Under the pieces are notes generated by a model. That model had not been told where the DNA came from and searched no databases. It saw nothing but the letters and a program-made list of their open reading frames with translations. A stretch of DNA of 64,000 nucleotides from Hyphomicrobiales bacterium. Its GTDB lineage: Bacteria > Pseudomonadota > Alphaproteobacteria > Rhizobiales > JAJFHB01. A program made the position numbers and the translations under genes. How positions within the stretch are numbered: the stretch's first letter is position 1; each line of letters starts with the position of its first letter. The stretch is taken from the NCBI GenBank assembly GCA_021775615.1, contig JAJFHL010000171.1, forward strand, positions 9,282 to 73,281. Reading direction: 5' to 3'. Shown one piece after another: positions 19,786 through 29,183 of the stretch.

Positions 19786-20358
19786 TCATGTCCCTCCGGA
19801 ATTGCGTGACGCAACCTCCGCCATGAAACGCTCGCGGATCAGGACCGGGTTCATTTCGATCACCGGCACGTCGATGTTTCCGGACTGGCATTTGGCGATG
19901 ATGATGGTCATGCGGTTGGCATCGAGCGCGTCCTGCAACGTTCCGGCGGTTTCTTCCGCCTCGCACTCGATGACGTGCTCGCAGCCGCAGGCGGTTGCGA
20001 CCTTGGCCAGCGACGTGCGCATGCCGGCATAGGTCGGCTGGTCGCCGGTCGAGCCATAGCTGCCATTGTCGATGATCAGGAGCACGAAGTTGTCGCTCGC
20101 ATTGTTGGCGATCGTCGCCAGGGTCGCCAGATTGGTGAGGACCGATCCGTCGCCCTCGATGGCGACGACCTTGCCGGGCTGGGCAAGGGCCAGGCCGAGC
20201 CCGATCGACGAACACAGGCCCATGGTGCCGAGCATATAGAAGTTGCTCGGGCGGTCGTCGAGCTGGAACAGTTCCTGGGACGGCAGGCCGATATTGCAGA
20301 TGACCAGTCGGTCGGTGATGACCGGGACAATCGACTTCAGGATTTCACTTCTGATCAT
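19786..20358 (-). CDS. comE: sulfopyruvate decarboxylase beta subunit-like (ThDP-binding C-terminal half; phosphonopyruvate decarboxylase not excluded)
   Basis: ThDP motif IEGDGSVLTNL...NN; ~190 aa; start ATG 20358 overlaps comD stop (TGATG). Confidence 0.7.
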   Translation of the reverse strand: MIRSEILKSIVPVITDRLVICNIGLPSQELFQLDDRPSNFYMLGTMGLCSSIGLGLALAQPGKVVAIEGDGSVLTNLATLATIANNASDNFVLLIIDNGSYGSTGDQPTYAGMRTSLAKVATACGCEHVIECEAEETAGTLQDALDANRMTIIIAKCQSGNIDVPVIEMNPVLIRERFMAEVASRNSGGT

Positions 20359-20861
20359 CACGCAGCCCTCCAGAAGCCGGCATCGGTGAGAATTGCGGTT
20401 GGTTTCCTGCACATCCAGGTGTGTTTCAGAATGCCGTCCAGTTCCTCGACGTCATCGCGGTGATGAAAGTGGAACGTCGGTATCGACAACTGGTCCAGCA
20501 GCGCCTTGGTGTGCAGCGCCATCTCGACCTGGCAGGCGACCTTCTCGCCCACTTCGCCGCGGTAGCTGATCAGCATGGGCAGAGGGATCTGGTAAAACTG
20601 AATGAGGGTGACCAGCGTATTGACCGTCACGCCGATCGCCGTGTTCTGCATGACGATGCAGGGCCGCTTGCCGCCCATATAGGCGCCGGCGCACAGGCCC
20701 ATGCCCTCGTCCTCCTTGTTCGAGGGGATGTGCAGAATGGCGTCGTGGTTCTCGATCGCCTCGATCACGCCGGCGAGTTGCTTGCACGGCACGGTCGTCA
20801 CGAAATCGATGTCGTTGTTCACCAGGTCGCCGACGATGCGACCGCTCAAGTCTGAAGACAC
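20358..20861 (-). CDS. comD: sulfopyruvate decarboxylase alpha subunit-like (ThDP pyrimidine-binding half)
   Basis: 167 aa, VTTVPCKQLAGVIEA...NKEDEGMGLCAGAYMGGKRPCIVMQNTAIG; split-subunit arrangement with the following gene. Confidence 0.7.
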   Translation of the reverse strand: MSSDLSGRIVGDLVNNDIDFVTTVPCKQLAGVIEAIENHDAILHIPSNKEDEGMGLCAGAYMGGKRPCIVMQNTAIGVTVNTLVTLIQFYQIPLPMLISYRGEVGEKVACQVEMALHTKALLDQLSIPTFHFHHRDDVEELDGILKHTWMCRKPTAILTDAGFWRAA

Positions 20862-21052
20862 GTTCGAACCTCCTCATGTGTAACCGGCGCGCCGGCGGAG
20901 CGCGATACGCCCGGTTGCCCGTAGGCGGGGTTGTCAAGAGTTCCGCCGGCCGTCGCTTGGGGCGGGCCGGCCGGCGGATCTGGATGGTGGTCGGTCGCCC
21001 GACGTGGATGCGTTGCGGCGGGGGAGAAGAAGAAGACCGCCGGTGTCGCGTC

Positions 21053-22045
21053 CTACTGCGCTTTCTCGTAGAAGCTGGAGTCCACGGTCGAACCGTAGTC
21101 ATCAAGGGCCTTCGAAATCTTGCCTTGCTGCTGGAAAAAGTCAGCCACTTCCTTGAGAAAGAGCTGAACGCCGCCTTCCATCCAACGTTCGCTCAACTGG
21201 TCGTCACGGGTGTAAAAGTCGAACAGGGACAACACGATGTCTGAGTCCCTCTCCGCAAGCCCCGCCGCCTTGGCGATCACCGGCTTGGCCTTGTCCGGCT
21301 CGTCTGCGAGGAACTCGATGGACCTGTCAGTGACCGCCAGAAACTTGGTCACGAGGTCGCCGTGGTCCCTGGCGAAGTCGTTGGTCACCGCGATGACGTC
21401 AAAGGCCCGGATGCCGAGCCGGTCCTGCTCGTTGGCCGACAGCAGTTCCCAGCCCTGACCCTTCATGCGGCGCAGCGGCCCGCCCCACGAGCAGCCCATC
21501 GCCAGCTCGCCGCGCAGGAAAGCGTCGTCGATGTCGTGCGGCGACATGTCGATCACATCGAGCTTGGCGACATCGACGCCAAGGAAGACCAGGGAGCGCA
21601 GCATCTTGTAGTGAGTCACCGTGTTAAGCGGCACCGCGACCTTGCGGCCTTCCAGTTCATGGGCGTTGGCGCGGTCGATGGCTTCCTTCTTGTAGATGAC
21701 GCAGTTGTCGGCGCCGCCGGTGTCGACCGCAACACCCACCACTTTGATCGGTGCGCCATCGGTGACAGCAAGGGCGAAGGGAACGACGCCCATGGAAAAG
21801 GAGATCTGAACTTCACCGGCGACCATGGCCTCGGCCATTTCGACGCCGGTGTTGTAGGCGCGCCATTCGATCTCGACGCCCAGTTCCTTGTCGTACCACT
21901 TCTCGGCCTGGGCCACCTGATTGGCGGTCGGCCATTCCTTGAAATAGGCGACAGTGATCTTGTCCTGCGCCGCAGCGGGGGCCGGAGCGGCCACAGTCCA
22001 CAAAGCTGACGTCAGGGCGAGTATCGACAGCAAGATCCTGTTCAT
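21053..22045 (-). CDS. TauA-like (taurine/NitT family) periplasmic substrate-binding protein, no cognate ABC permease/ATPase in window
   Basis: Signal peptide; ITVAYFKEWPTANQVAQAEKWYDKELGVEIEWRAYNTGVEMAEAMVAGEVQI aligns by eye to E. coli TauA N-terminal lobe. Confidence 0.7.
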   Translation of the reverse strand: MNRILLSILALTSALWTVAAPAPAAAQDKITVAYFKEWPTANQVAQAEKWYDKELGVEIEWRAYNTGVEMAEAMVAGEVQISFSMGVVPFALAVTDGAPIKVVGVAVDTGGADNCVIYKKEAIDRANAHELEGRKVAVPLNTVTHYKMLRSLVFLGVDVAKLDVIDMSPHDIDDAFLRGELAMGCSWGGPLRRMKGQGWELLSANEQDRLGIRAFDVIAVTNDFARDHGDLVTKFLAVTDRSIEFLADEPDKAKPVIAKAAGLAERDSDIVLSLFDFYTRDDQLSERWMEGGVQLFLKEVADFFQQQGKISKALDDYGSTVDSSFYEKAQ

Positions 22046-22119
22046 CTTGTTTCCCTCAGTGGTTTGTGTTCGCCCATCGCCCGGGCCGCCGTCTGCGGCC
22101 GCCGGGTGGCGCCTCGCTC

Positions 22120-22614
22120 TCAGGAGGCGCCGTGAAGGGGAACGATCATTGTCGGCACTGGCGCGCGGCGAAGCACGCTCTTCGACACCGACCCCAGAAA
22201 TGTGTGGGCGATGCCCCGCTCGTGCGATCCCATGATGATGAGGTCGCAGTTGTGCTCCTTGGCCGACTTGAGAATTTCATCCGCCGGGTATGACTCGCAA
22301 ACCGTCGTCGATTTGACCTTGTCGCGCAGTTTGCGGTCCTCTTCGCTCTGCGCGGCCCAGAAAGCTTCCTGCCTTTCGTCGAGCAGCTTGCGGGCGTTTT
22401 CGACCCGCAGGTCCAGGATGTCGTGGCGCTTGTCGCCGCTCTGGATGTAGGTCTGCAGCGTAAACGCGGCGTCGTCGGAGAGTTTCTCCAGGACGTGCAG
22501 CACATGAACGTCCGCTCCGGTCAGCCTGGCCATGAACATGGCGTAGCTGAACGCGGCATTGGAGTTCTGCGACAGATCGGTGCAGTAGAGCAGGTTCTTT
22601 ATTGCGTGTTGCAT
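22120..22614 (-). CDS. universal stress protein (UspA family)
   Basis: From ATG 22614: LYCTDLS...VHVLHV...CDLIIMGSHERG...LGSVSKSVLRRAPVPTMIV (Usp ATP-binding G-2x-G-9x-G(S/T)). Confidence 0.8.
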   Translation of the reverse strand: MQHAIKNLLYCTDLSQNSNAAFSYAMFMARLTGADVHVLHVLEKLSDDAAFTLQTYIQSGDKRHDILDLRVENARKLLDERQEAFWAAQSEEDRKLRDKVKSTTVCESYPADEILKSAKEHNCDLIIMGSHERGIAHTFLGSVSKSVLRRAPVPTMIVPLHGAS

Positions 22615-22645
22615 CGTTACATACCTCGTTGAGCGAGTGTGCCGC

Positions 22646-23986
22646 TCAGTATCCAAAGAACCGCGGCAGCCACAGGACGATCTCCGGGAAGAAGGCGATG
22701 ATGAAGATCGCCACCGCATTGATCGCCGCGAAGGGCAGCGCCTTGATCGATATCTCCTCGATGGAGATGTTTGAGATGCCCGAGGCGATGAACAGATTCT
22801 CGCCAAGCGGCGGGGTCTGGAAGCCGATGCCGAGAGAACAGACCATCACGACACCGAAGTGCACCGGATCGATGCCGAGGCTGTAGGCGATCGGCAGCAG
22901 CACCGGGGTCAGAATGAGAATGGTCGCCAGCGTCTCCATGAACATGCCGACAAACAACAGGAACAAGATCAGCATGGTCCAGATGAAGTAGATGTTGTCG
23001 GTGGCGCTCAGCATGGCCTCGGCAATGATCGCCGGGATCTGGTTTTCCACCAGGAGGCGGCCGAACACGGTTGCGGTGAACAGGATCAGGAGCACACGGC
23101 CGGTGAGCCAGGTTGTGGTCTCAAGCGACCGCACCAGGGCTGCAAAGTCGAGCTCGCGATAGATGAAGAAGCCGACGAACAGCGTGTAGAAGATGGCCAC
23201 GATGGCGGCTTCGGTCGGTGTGAAGAAGCCGGAATAGATGCCGCCAAGGATGACCAGCGGCGCCAGCAGCGCCCAGATTGCCCGGTAAATCACGCACAGG
23301 CTGTTGCGTGCCGAAAAACCTTCGGCCGACCCGCTGTAGCCGCGTTTCTTGCAGACGATGTAGTTCATGATCAGGAGGCTGAAGGAGATCAACAGACCCG
23401 GCAGAACACCGGCGATGAACAGTTTCGGGATCGAGACCGACTGGAAGACACCGAACTTCTCAACCGCTTCGGGCGGCGGTTGCATGCCGAGTGCAGAAAT
23501 CCCGAAGATCACCATTGGGATCGAGGGAGGAATAATGATCCCGAGGCTGCCCGACGAAGCGGTAATGGCCGAAGCGATACCCTTGTCGTAGCCCCGATCG
23601 ATCATCGCCGGGATCATCAGCATGCCAACCGCCGCCGTCGTGGCCGGGCCGGACCCGGAAATCGCACCGAAGAAGAGGCAGGCGAAGACGGTTGCCGCGG
23701 ACATGCCGCCGGTGAAGGGGCCGGCCATGCTTTCCGCGACGTTCACGAGGCGCCGCGATATGCCTGCGGCTTCCATTAGGGCGCCGGCGAGAATAAATGC
23801 CGGCAGAGCCATCAGCGGGAAGGACCCGACCGAGGTGAAGGCGATCTGCACGAACTTGATCGGGTTCTCGTCGAGATAGAGGAACGAGATCAGCGCCGAT
23901 ACGCCGAGCGCGACCGTGATCGGTGCGCCAATCAGCAGGAGCACCAGAAATGTTCCAAACAAAATCAGGACAATTGTCGTTTCCAT
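22646..23986 (-). CDS. TRAP transporter large permease (DctM family)
   Basis: 446 aa polytopic membrane protein with DctM-family sequence throughout. Confidence 0.9.
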   Translation of the reverse strand: METTIVLILFGTFLVLLLIGAPITVALGVSALISFLYLDENPIKFVQIAFTSVGSFPLMALPAFILAGALMEAAGISRRLVNVAESMAGPFTGGMSAATVFACLFFGAISGSGPATTAAVGMLMIPAMIDRGYDKGIASAITASSGSLGIIIPPSIPMVIFGISALGMQPPPEAVEKFGVFQSVSIPKLFIAGVLPGLLISFSLLIMNYIVCKKRGYSGSAEGFSARNSLCVIYRAIWALLAPLVILGGIYSGFFTPTEAAIVAIFYTLFVGFFIYRELDFAALVRSLETTTWLTGRVLLILFTATVFGRLLVENQIPAIIAEAMLSATDNIYFIWTMLILFLLFVGMFMETLATILILTPVLLPIAYSLGIDPVHFGVVMVCSLGIGFQTPPLGENLFIASGISNISIEEISIKALPFAAINAVAIFIIAFFPEIVLWLPRFFGY

Positions 23987-24041
23987 GAAACCGCTCCCTC
24001 GTCACGGACGATGGTCCGCGAGCATTCCCCGCTTCTTGAGT

Positions 24042-24611
24042 TTAAGCCGTGCCGCCGTTCGGCTTCTCGGCGTCCGGTGTTTCCGAACCTTCCTGGATCA
24101 TCTTCTCGACCTCCACCTTGTCGGGATCGCGCACGTCGATGCCCTTGACCAGTTTCAGGTAGTTGACCTGAATGATGCGGATGGTCATCAGGGTGAAGGC
24201 GATCGGCAGGATCAGGTAGACGTACTTCATCGGAACGCCCAGGGTCTGGGACTTCCAGAACAGATTCATCTTGAAGAAGACGAAGGTGAAGCTGAGGTAG
24301 ACAAAATAGACGTTGAAGGCGATCCAGAAGAGATCGGCAAACCCTTCAACGAGGCGTATGCCCTTGGGCCCCAGAAAATTGAGCTGGAAGGTGACCCGGT
24401 TGTGGGCCGACATCCTGGCCGCGTAGCTGGCGCCGAAAAACACGAACCAGACGAACATGTAGGTGGAAAGCTCTTCGGTCCACGAGAACGAGTAGCCGGC
24501 CAACTCACGTGCAAGGATCTGCATGAAGAGGAGGCAGACGAAGACCGCAAGCAGGGTTCGGCAGATGTAGCTTTCGATGTTGTCGAAGAAATGCAGAACC
24601 TTTTTGCTCAT
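24042..24611 (-). CDS. TRAP transporter small permease (DctQ family)
   Basis: 189 aa, four hydrophobic helices, position between DctP and DctM. Confidence 0.8.
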   Translation of the reverse strand: MSKKVLHFFDNIESYICRTLLAVFVCLLFMQILARELAGYSFSWTEELSTYMFVWFVFFGASYAARMSAHNRVTFQLNFLGPKGIRLVEGFADLFWIAFNVYFVYLSFTFVFFKMNLFWKSQTLGVPMKYVYLILPIAFTLMTIRIIQVNYLKLVKGIDVRDPDKVEVEKMIQEGSETPDAEKPNGGTA

Positions 24612-24766
24612 TTTCCGAACTCCCGCCTGTCCGATGAAGCGCGCCTCGCCCGGGTGACCGCGATCCGGTCAGATCCCCAAGATGTTCCCGGCGGGCGCGG
24701 GCTTCAGTTTAGTCAAAACCTGTGGCCGGTGAGCGGCGCGGCGCCGCTCACCGAAATATTCAGTCT

Positions 24767-25780
24767 TTACTGTACCGGGTCGCGGCCGAGAGACTTCAAC
24801 ACCGTGTTGAGCTTCTCAACGCCGCCGATCGAGTCGAAGAACTCAGGCCAGACCGCCTTGGTTGCCGCTTCGATCCAGGCCTTTTCGCCGTCCGCCGGCT
24901 CGTCGATCTGCATGCCCTTGGCAAGCAGGTCTTCCTTGATGGCGGCCTCCGACTTGCGCAGATGCGCAGCCGAATGGAGGGTGGCCTCGAGGCCAGCGTC
25001 AATAACCGCCTTCTGGGTTGCTTCGTCCATGTCCTGGAACACGGATTCCGACACGATCAGGGGCTCGATGGAGAAGATGTAACGGAGCGCCGTGACATAC
25101 TTCTGGACTTCATAGAATTTCATCGAGTGAACCGTCAGGTACGGATTGTCCTGACCATCGACAACCTTCTGCTGCAAAGCGGTGAAGGTTTCCGACCACG
25201 CCATCGGCGTCGGATTGATGCCCCAGGCCTTGTAGGACGCGATCATGATTTCGTTCTTGGGAACGCGGACGATCACGCCTTGCAAGTCTTCCAAGGTCTT
25301 GATCGGCTTTTTCGAGTTGGTCAGCACGCGGAAGCCGGTATAGGTCCAGCCAACGATGCGCACGCCGGCATCACGAATGGTGTTTGCCACCAGTTCCTTG
25401 CCAATGTCGCCCTGGGTGAGCTTCTCGGCATCCTCGAGGCTGAGAATGACGTAGGGCAATGTGAACACGCCGACCGAAGGCGAAAACGGCGTGATGTTGT
25501 TGATGGCGAGCAGGGAGAAGTCGAGGGTGCCGATGGCGGCATCGTTGACCGTGTCCTGCTCACTGCCGAGCTGTCCGTTGAGGAACATCTTGGCGGTGTG
25601 TTTGCCCCCGGTCTTTGCTTCAAAGAGCTCAACGAATTTGGTGCCAAGCTCGTGCTGGGCGCTGCCATGGGCGTCGCCCACGGCCATTTTGAAGTTCTTC
25701 GCTGTTGCACCGCCGACCACAGTCAGCGAAAGGGCCGTAGCGAGGCAGGCCGCAGCCGCCAGTTTTCCTGCGAGTTTCAT
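24767..25780 (-). CDS. TRAP transporter substrate-binding protein (DctP family)
   Basis: Signal peptide, 337 aa, DctP-like sequence; first gene of the minus-strand array. Confidence 0.85.
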   Translation of the reverse strand: MKLAGKLAAAACLATALSLTVVGGATAKNFKMAVGDAHGSAQHELGTKFVELFEAKTGGKHTAKMFLNGQLGSEQDTVNDAAIGTLDFSLLAINNITPFSPSVGVFTLPYVILSLEDAEKLTQGDIGKELVANTIRDAGVRIVGWTYTGFRVLTNSKKPIKTLEDLQGVIVRVPKNEIMIASYKAWGINPTPMAWSETFTALQQKVVDGQDNPYLTVHSMKFYEVQKYVTALRYIFSIEPLIVSESVFQDMDEATQKAVIDAGLEATLHSAAHLRKSEAAIKEDLLAKGMQIDEPADGEKAWIEAATKAVWPEFFDSIGGVEKLNTVLKSLGRDPVQ

Positions 25781-26007
25781 TCCACTCCTCCATTAATTTC
25801 AAAGGGACAGCCGACTTCCCAAGGCGAATTAAGGCCTCAAGGCTTGGCGGTATAAAGGCGCAATAGAAAAAGTATCTGCACCCTCCCTGCGACGGCCCGA
25901 CTGTTCTTGCGGGTTACAGGCCCTGCACTTGGCGTGACTTGCGTTCCCCATCTGGACCTTATGACGCACCCTAGCATCAATAAGGGGTTTTATGTAGAGT
26001 GATTGAC

Positions 26008-26035
26008 TGAAAGCAAAGTTTCATAAAGCTGAAAC
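26008..26035. promoter_or_regulatory. alternating inverted half-sites TGAAA-N6-TTTCA-N6-TGAAA, candidate LysR-type operator
   Basis: Read directly: TGAAAGCAAAGTTTCATAAAGCTGAAAC, 9 nt upstream of the LysR start in the divergent intergenic region. Confidence 0.3.
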
Positions 26036-26043
26036 ATTAGACC

Positions 26044-26979
26044 ATGGCTCACAAAGCTCCGCTCGGCCGCATCAGCGACGTCGACATCCGATTGCTCCGG
26101 GTGTTCCATGCCGTGGTGGCGTGCCGTGGCCTGTCGGCGGCCGAAGTCGAGCTCAACATTGGAAGATCGACCATCAGCCGGCACCTCTCCGACCTCGAGT
26201 TGCGGGTCGGCGTCAAGCTGTGCGAGCGCGGTCCGGCAGGGTTCTCCCTGACCCCCGAGGGCGAACGGGTCCATGAAGCGTCATCGGGACTGTTCTCCGC
26301 CATCAACACCTTTCAGACCCAGATTGACGACGTCCACCTGCGTCTCACCGGGCATCTGGAGCTGGCCCTTTTCGACAAGACGATTTCCAATCCCGAAGCG
26401 TGCCTGCCGCAGGTTTTCCGGCGCTTTGACCAAATCGCGCCGAAAGTGACGGTGGGTATTCATGTGGAACCGATCAACATCATTGAAAGCGGCGTTCTGA
26501 CGGGCCGCTTCAATGTCGGGATCATCCCGGTGCAGCGTGAAGGCGGAGGAGTGGTCTCCTTCCCCTTGTACAATGAACAGATGTATCTCTATTGCAGCGA
26601 CGGCCATCCGCTGTTTCACGAGGAGGATGCCAACATTCGGCAGGAGGATGTTCGTCAGCACAAATATGTCGGCATCGGCTTTCACTCGCCAAACATGATC
26701 GTGAGCCATCAGCTGCGGCTGACACGCCATGCGGAGGTCTATGACGAACATGCCCTTGCGGCCCTCGTCCTGTCCGGGCGTTACCTTGGATTTCTGCCGG
26801 ATCACTATGCCGAGCGTTTCGCCAGTGAGGGCGCCATGCGGCCGGTGCGCCCCGATGTCTATCAGTATCAGAGCAATCACGTTGTCATCCTGGCGCGGAC
26901 ACCGAAGCCGTCACGCCTGGTCGAAACGTTCGTTGGATGTCTCCTGGGCGCTCACGGCAAGGCTGTGCCGACACTCTGA
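26044..26979 (+). CDS. LysR-family transcriptional regulator
   Basis: N-terminal wHTH (DIRLLRVFHAVVACRGLSAAEVELNIGRSTISRHLSDLE) plus LysR substrate-binding domain; divergent from the TRAP array. Confidence 0.9.
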   Translation: MAHKAPLGRISDVDIRLLRVFHAVVACRGLSAAEVELNIGRSTISRHLSDLELRVGVKLCERGPAGFSLTPEGERVHEASSGLFSAINTFQTQIDDVHLRLTGHLELALFDKTISNPEACLPQVFRRFDQIAPKVTVGIHVEPINIIESGVLTGRFNVGIIPVQREGGGVVSFPLYNEQMYLYCSDGHPLFHEEDANIRQEDVRQHKYVGIGFHSPNMIVSHQLRLTRHAEVYDEHALAALVLSGRYLGFLPDHYAERFASEGAMRPVRPDVYQYQSNHVVILARTPKPSRLVETFVGCLLGAHGKAVPTL

Positions 26980-26993
26980 GTAATTCGAATACG

Positions 26994-27020
26994 AAAAAAC
27001 CCGGGCCAAGGGGGCCCGGG
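26994..27020 (-). terminator. rho-independent terminator for 27050..27319
   Basis: 8-bp GC stem CCCGGGCC/GGCCCGGG (27000-27007/27013-27020) followed on the minus strand by TTTTTT. Confidence 0.7.
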
Positions 27021-27049
27021 CTCCAAACAAGGTATCCAAGAAACGCGAT

Positions 27050-27319
27050 TTAGTCCTGCGTCGTCTCGTGCAGTGCTGCCGGTGCCTCCGCAATCGTTAC
27101 AGGCGCCACAACAGGCGCGTCCACCACGGTTTGAGGCGGTGCCTCGACCGGGGCTTCAACGACGGTTGCCGGAGCTGTTGTCTGCGGTAAGCTGGATTGT
27201 GCGTCTGCCGTGTGGGTGGTCTTGTATGCGTGACCAAACGGACAGTCGCCACCGGCGAACGCGGCCGGAACGGCCATGAACGCGACGAAAGCCAGACTGA
27301 CTACCAAACGCGTCAACAT
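27050..27319 (-). CDS. small exported protein, unknown function
   Basis: Signal peptide (PAAFA/GG), Ala/Pro/Val-rich tail; followed by a terminator. Confidence 0.5.
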   Translation of the reverse strand: MLTRLVVSLAFVAFMAVPAAFAGGDCPFGHAYKTTHTADAQSSLPQTTAPATVVEAPVEAPPQTVVDAPVVAPVTIAEAPAALHETTQD

Positions 27320-27446
27320 GGGATATCTCCCTCATGTCCTTAGGGGAGCCGGAGTTGAACTCCGGCTACATTCGAAGCCTACCACAAATGCCGGCAATGT
27401 CAAAAACCACCTCGCGCATGGTTGTGCACAAGCCGGAGTGCGGTGC

Positions 27447-28433
27447 TCAGGCGCGCGGATGGGCGCCCATGTATTGCCGCAGCAAATGGGCCCGGTCGAC
27501 TTCGGTGTAGATCTGGGTCGACGACAGGGAGGCGTGGCCAAGCAGCTCCTGAATGGCACGCAGGTCACCGCCGGCCGAGAGCAAATGCGTGGCAAAACTG
27601 TGGCGCAGGGCGTGCGGGGTCGCCGTGTCGGGCAGGCCGAGAAACCCCCGCATGCGCTGGATCAGGAGCTGGATGTTGCGGGCGTTGAGGCGCCCGCCCT
27701 TGACGCCGACGAACAGGGGATCGGCGTCGTCGAGGACGTAGGGGCACAGATCGAGATAGACGGCGATCGCTTCGCGCGCCACCGGCAGGACAGGCACGAT
27801 GCGCGTCTTGTTGCCCTTGCCGATGATCGACATTGTGTCCTGCGCACCGGTGAGCGGCGCCTGCTTGCGGTCGAGGCCGAGGGCCTCGGAGATCCGCAGA
27901 CCGCAGCCATAGAGCAGGAGAAGGACCGCGGTGTCGCGCGCGCCGACCCAGGTCTCATCCTCGCTGCCGCCGGCAATGGGCGCCGAGGTGACCAGTTTCT
28001 TCGCCGCGGCGACGCCAAGCGCCTTGGGCACCGCGTGCGGGATCTTCGGGGTGCGCAGGGCGCCGAGGGAGGCGTTTTCAACCACGCCCTGCTTTTCCAG
28101 AAAGCGGAACAGGGAGCGGATGGAAGACAGGGTGCGCGCGAGGGTGCGCGATGTCATGCCGTCGCGGCGGCGCGACGCGAGGAAGGCGCGGAAGTCGGTG
28201 GCGCGCAGATCCGAAAGGTCGCGCAGCGTCGGCGCTCCGCCGAGGTGTTCGGTGAGGAAACTCATGAACCGGTTGATGTCGCGCAGATAGGCTTCGACGG
28301 TCTTGTCGGCGGCACGGCGCTCGGAGATCAGATAGCGCAGCCAGGCGATCACCTGCTCGGTCACGTCGCCGGCGGCGGCGAGCTCTTCAGCCGCATCGGG
28401 CAGAGACAGCTTCCGCGCCGGCGCTTCGGTCAT
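27447..28433 (-). CDS. xerC: tyrosine site-specific recombinase, XerC/XerD type
   Basis: Catalytic R...HxxR...Y pattern: [36 protein letters not shown]; ATGA overlap with tal; XerC vs XerD assignment is from remembered synteny only. Confidence 0.75.
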   Translation of the reverse strand: MTEAPARKLSLPDAAEELAAAGDVTEQVIAWLRYLISERRAADKTVEAYLRDINRFMSFLTEHLGGAPTLRDLSDLRATDFRAFLASRRRDGMTSRTLARTLSSIRSLFRFLEKQGVVENASLGALRTPKIPHAVPKALGVAAAKKLVTSAPIAGGSEDETWVGARDTAVLLLLYGCGLRISEALGLDRKQAPLTGAQDTMSIIGKGNKTRIVPVLPVAREAIAVYLDLCPYVLDDADPLFVGVKGGRLNARNIQLLIQRMRGFLGLPDTATPHALRHSFATHLLSAGGDLRAIQELLGHASLSSTQIYTEVDRAHLLRQYMGAHPRA

Positions 28434-29086
28434 GAGATGGTCTGTCCGGTTGACTTCCAGTCGGCAAGGAACGCATTGAGCCCCTTGTCGGTGAGCGGGT
28501 GCTTGACCAGGCCGCGCAGCACGCCGGGAGGCACCGTGGCGACATCGGCCCCGGCCAGGGCCGACAGTTTGACATGGTTCTGGCTGCGGATCGATGCGGC
28601 CAGCACCTGGGTGGTGAGGTCATCGTAATTGTCGTAGATGATGCGGATCTCGGAAATCAGCTCCATGCCGTCAAGGCCGATATCGTCGAGGCGGCCGATG
28701 AAGGGAGAGATGAAGGTGGCGCCCGCCTTGGCCGCAAGCAGGGCCTGGTTGGCGTTGAAGCACAAGGTCACGTTGACCATTGTGCCTTCCTGGGTGAGGG
28801 TGCGGCAGGCTTTGAGGCCATCCCAGGTGAGCGGCACCTTGATGGTCACGTTGCCGGCGATCTGGGCCAGGGTGCGGCCTTCCGAAATCATGGCATCGGC
28901 CTCGGTTGCGGCCACTTCCGCACTCACCGGTCCGTCGACAATGGCGCAGATTTCCGCCACCACTTCCTTGAAGTCGCGGCCCGCCTTGGCGATCAGCGTC
29001 GGATTGGTGGTCACCCCGTCGAGCAGCCCGGTGTCCGCCAAGTCGCGGATCTCGTCCACATCGGCGGTGTCTACGAAGAACTTCAT
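28430..29086 (-). CDS. tal: transaldolase type 3B / fructose-6-phosphate aldolase family
   Basis: [32 protein letters not shown], ~218 aa short transaldolase class. Confidence 0.9.
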   Translation of the reverse strand: MKFFVDTADVDEIRDLADTGLLDGVTTNPTLIAKAGRDFKEVVAEICAIVDGPVSAEVAATEADAMISEGRTLAQIAGNVTIKVPLTWDGLKACRTLTQEGTMVNVTLCFNANQALLAAKAGATFISPFIGRLDDIGLDGMELISEIRIIYDNYDDLTTQVLAASIRSQNHVKLSALAGADVATVPPGVLRGLVKHPLTDKGLNAFLADWKSTGQTIS

Positions 29087-29183
29087 CAGCGTTTCGCCTC
29101 AATCAATTGCCGCACGAGACTAGCAGCGGCCGGTTTCCCCAAGGTTTACAGGTTGCCCGTTTATACGCTTGGTATAAGGCATA

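Noticed and set aside
18276-19826. 516-aa plus-strand ORF overlapping the HTH-Dcd gene
   Set aside because: It is antisense to a gene with clear HTH and Dcd-fold motifs. Its translation is Arg/Gly/Ala-rich with no recognisable motif, the typical shadow ORF of high-GC DNA.
20452-21105. 217-aa Arg/Pro-rich minus-strand ORF overlapping comD and the comD/tauA-like intergenic region
   Set aside because: It is out of frame with the clearly recognisable ComD sequence, its composition is extreme, and it has no motifs.
27447-28433. Tyrosine recombinase as possible integrase marking the 11-kb block as an integrated mobile element
   Set aside because: The sequence is Xer-type, translationally coupled (ATGA) to the housekeeping transaldolase, and sits where I recall xerC in related backbones. 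No att-like direct repeats, tRNA target or other mobility genes were seen flanking the block.
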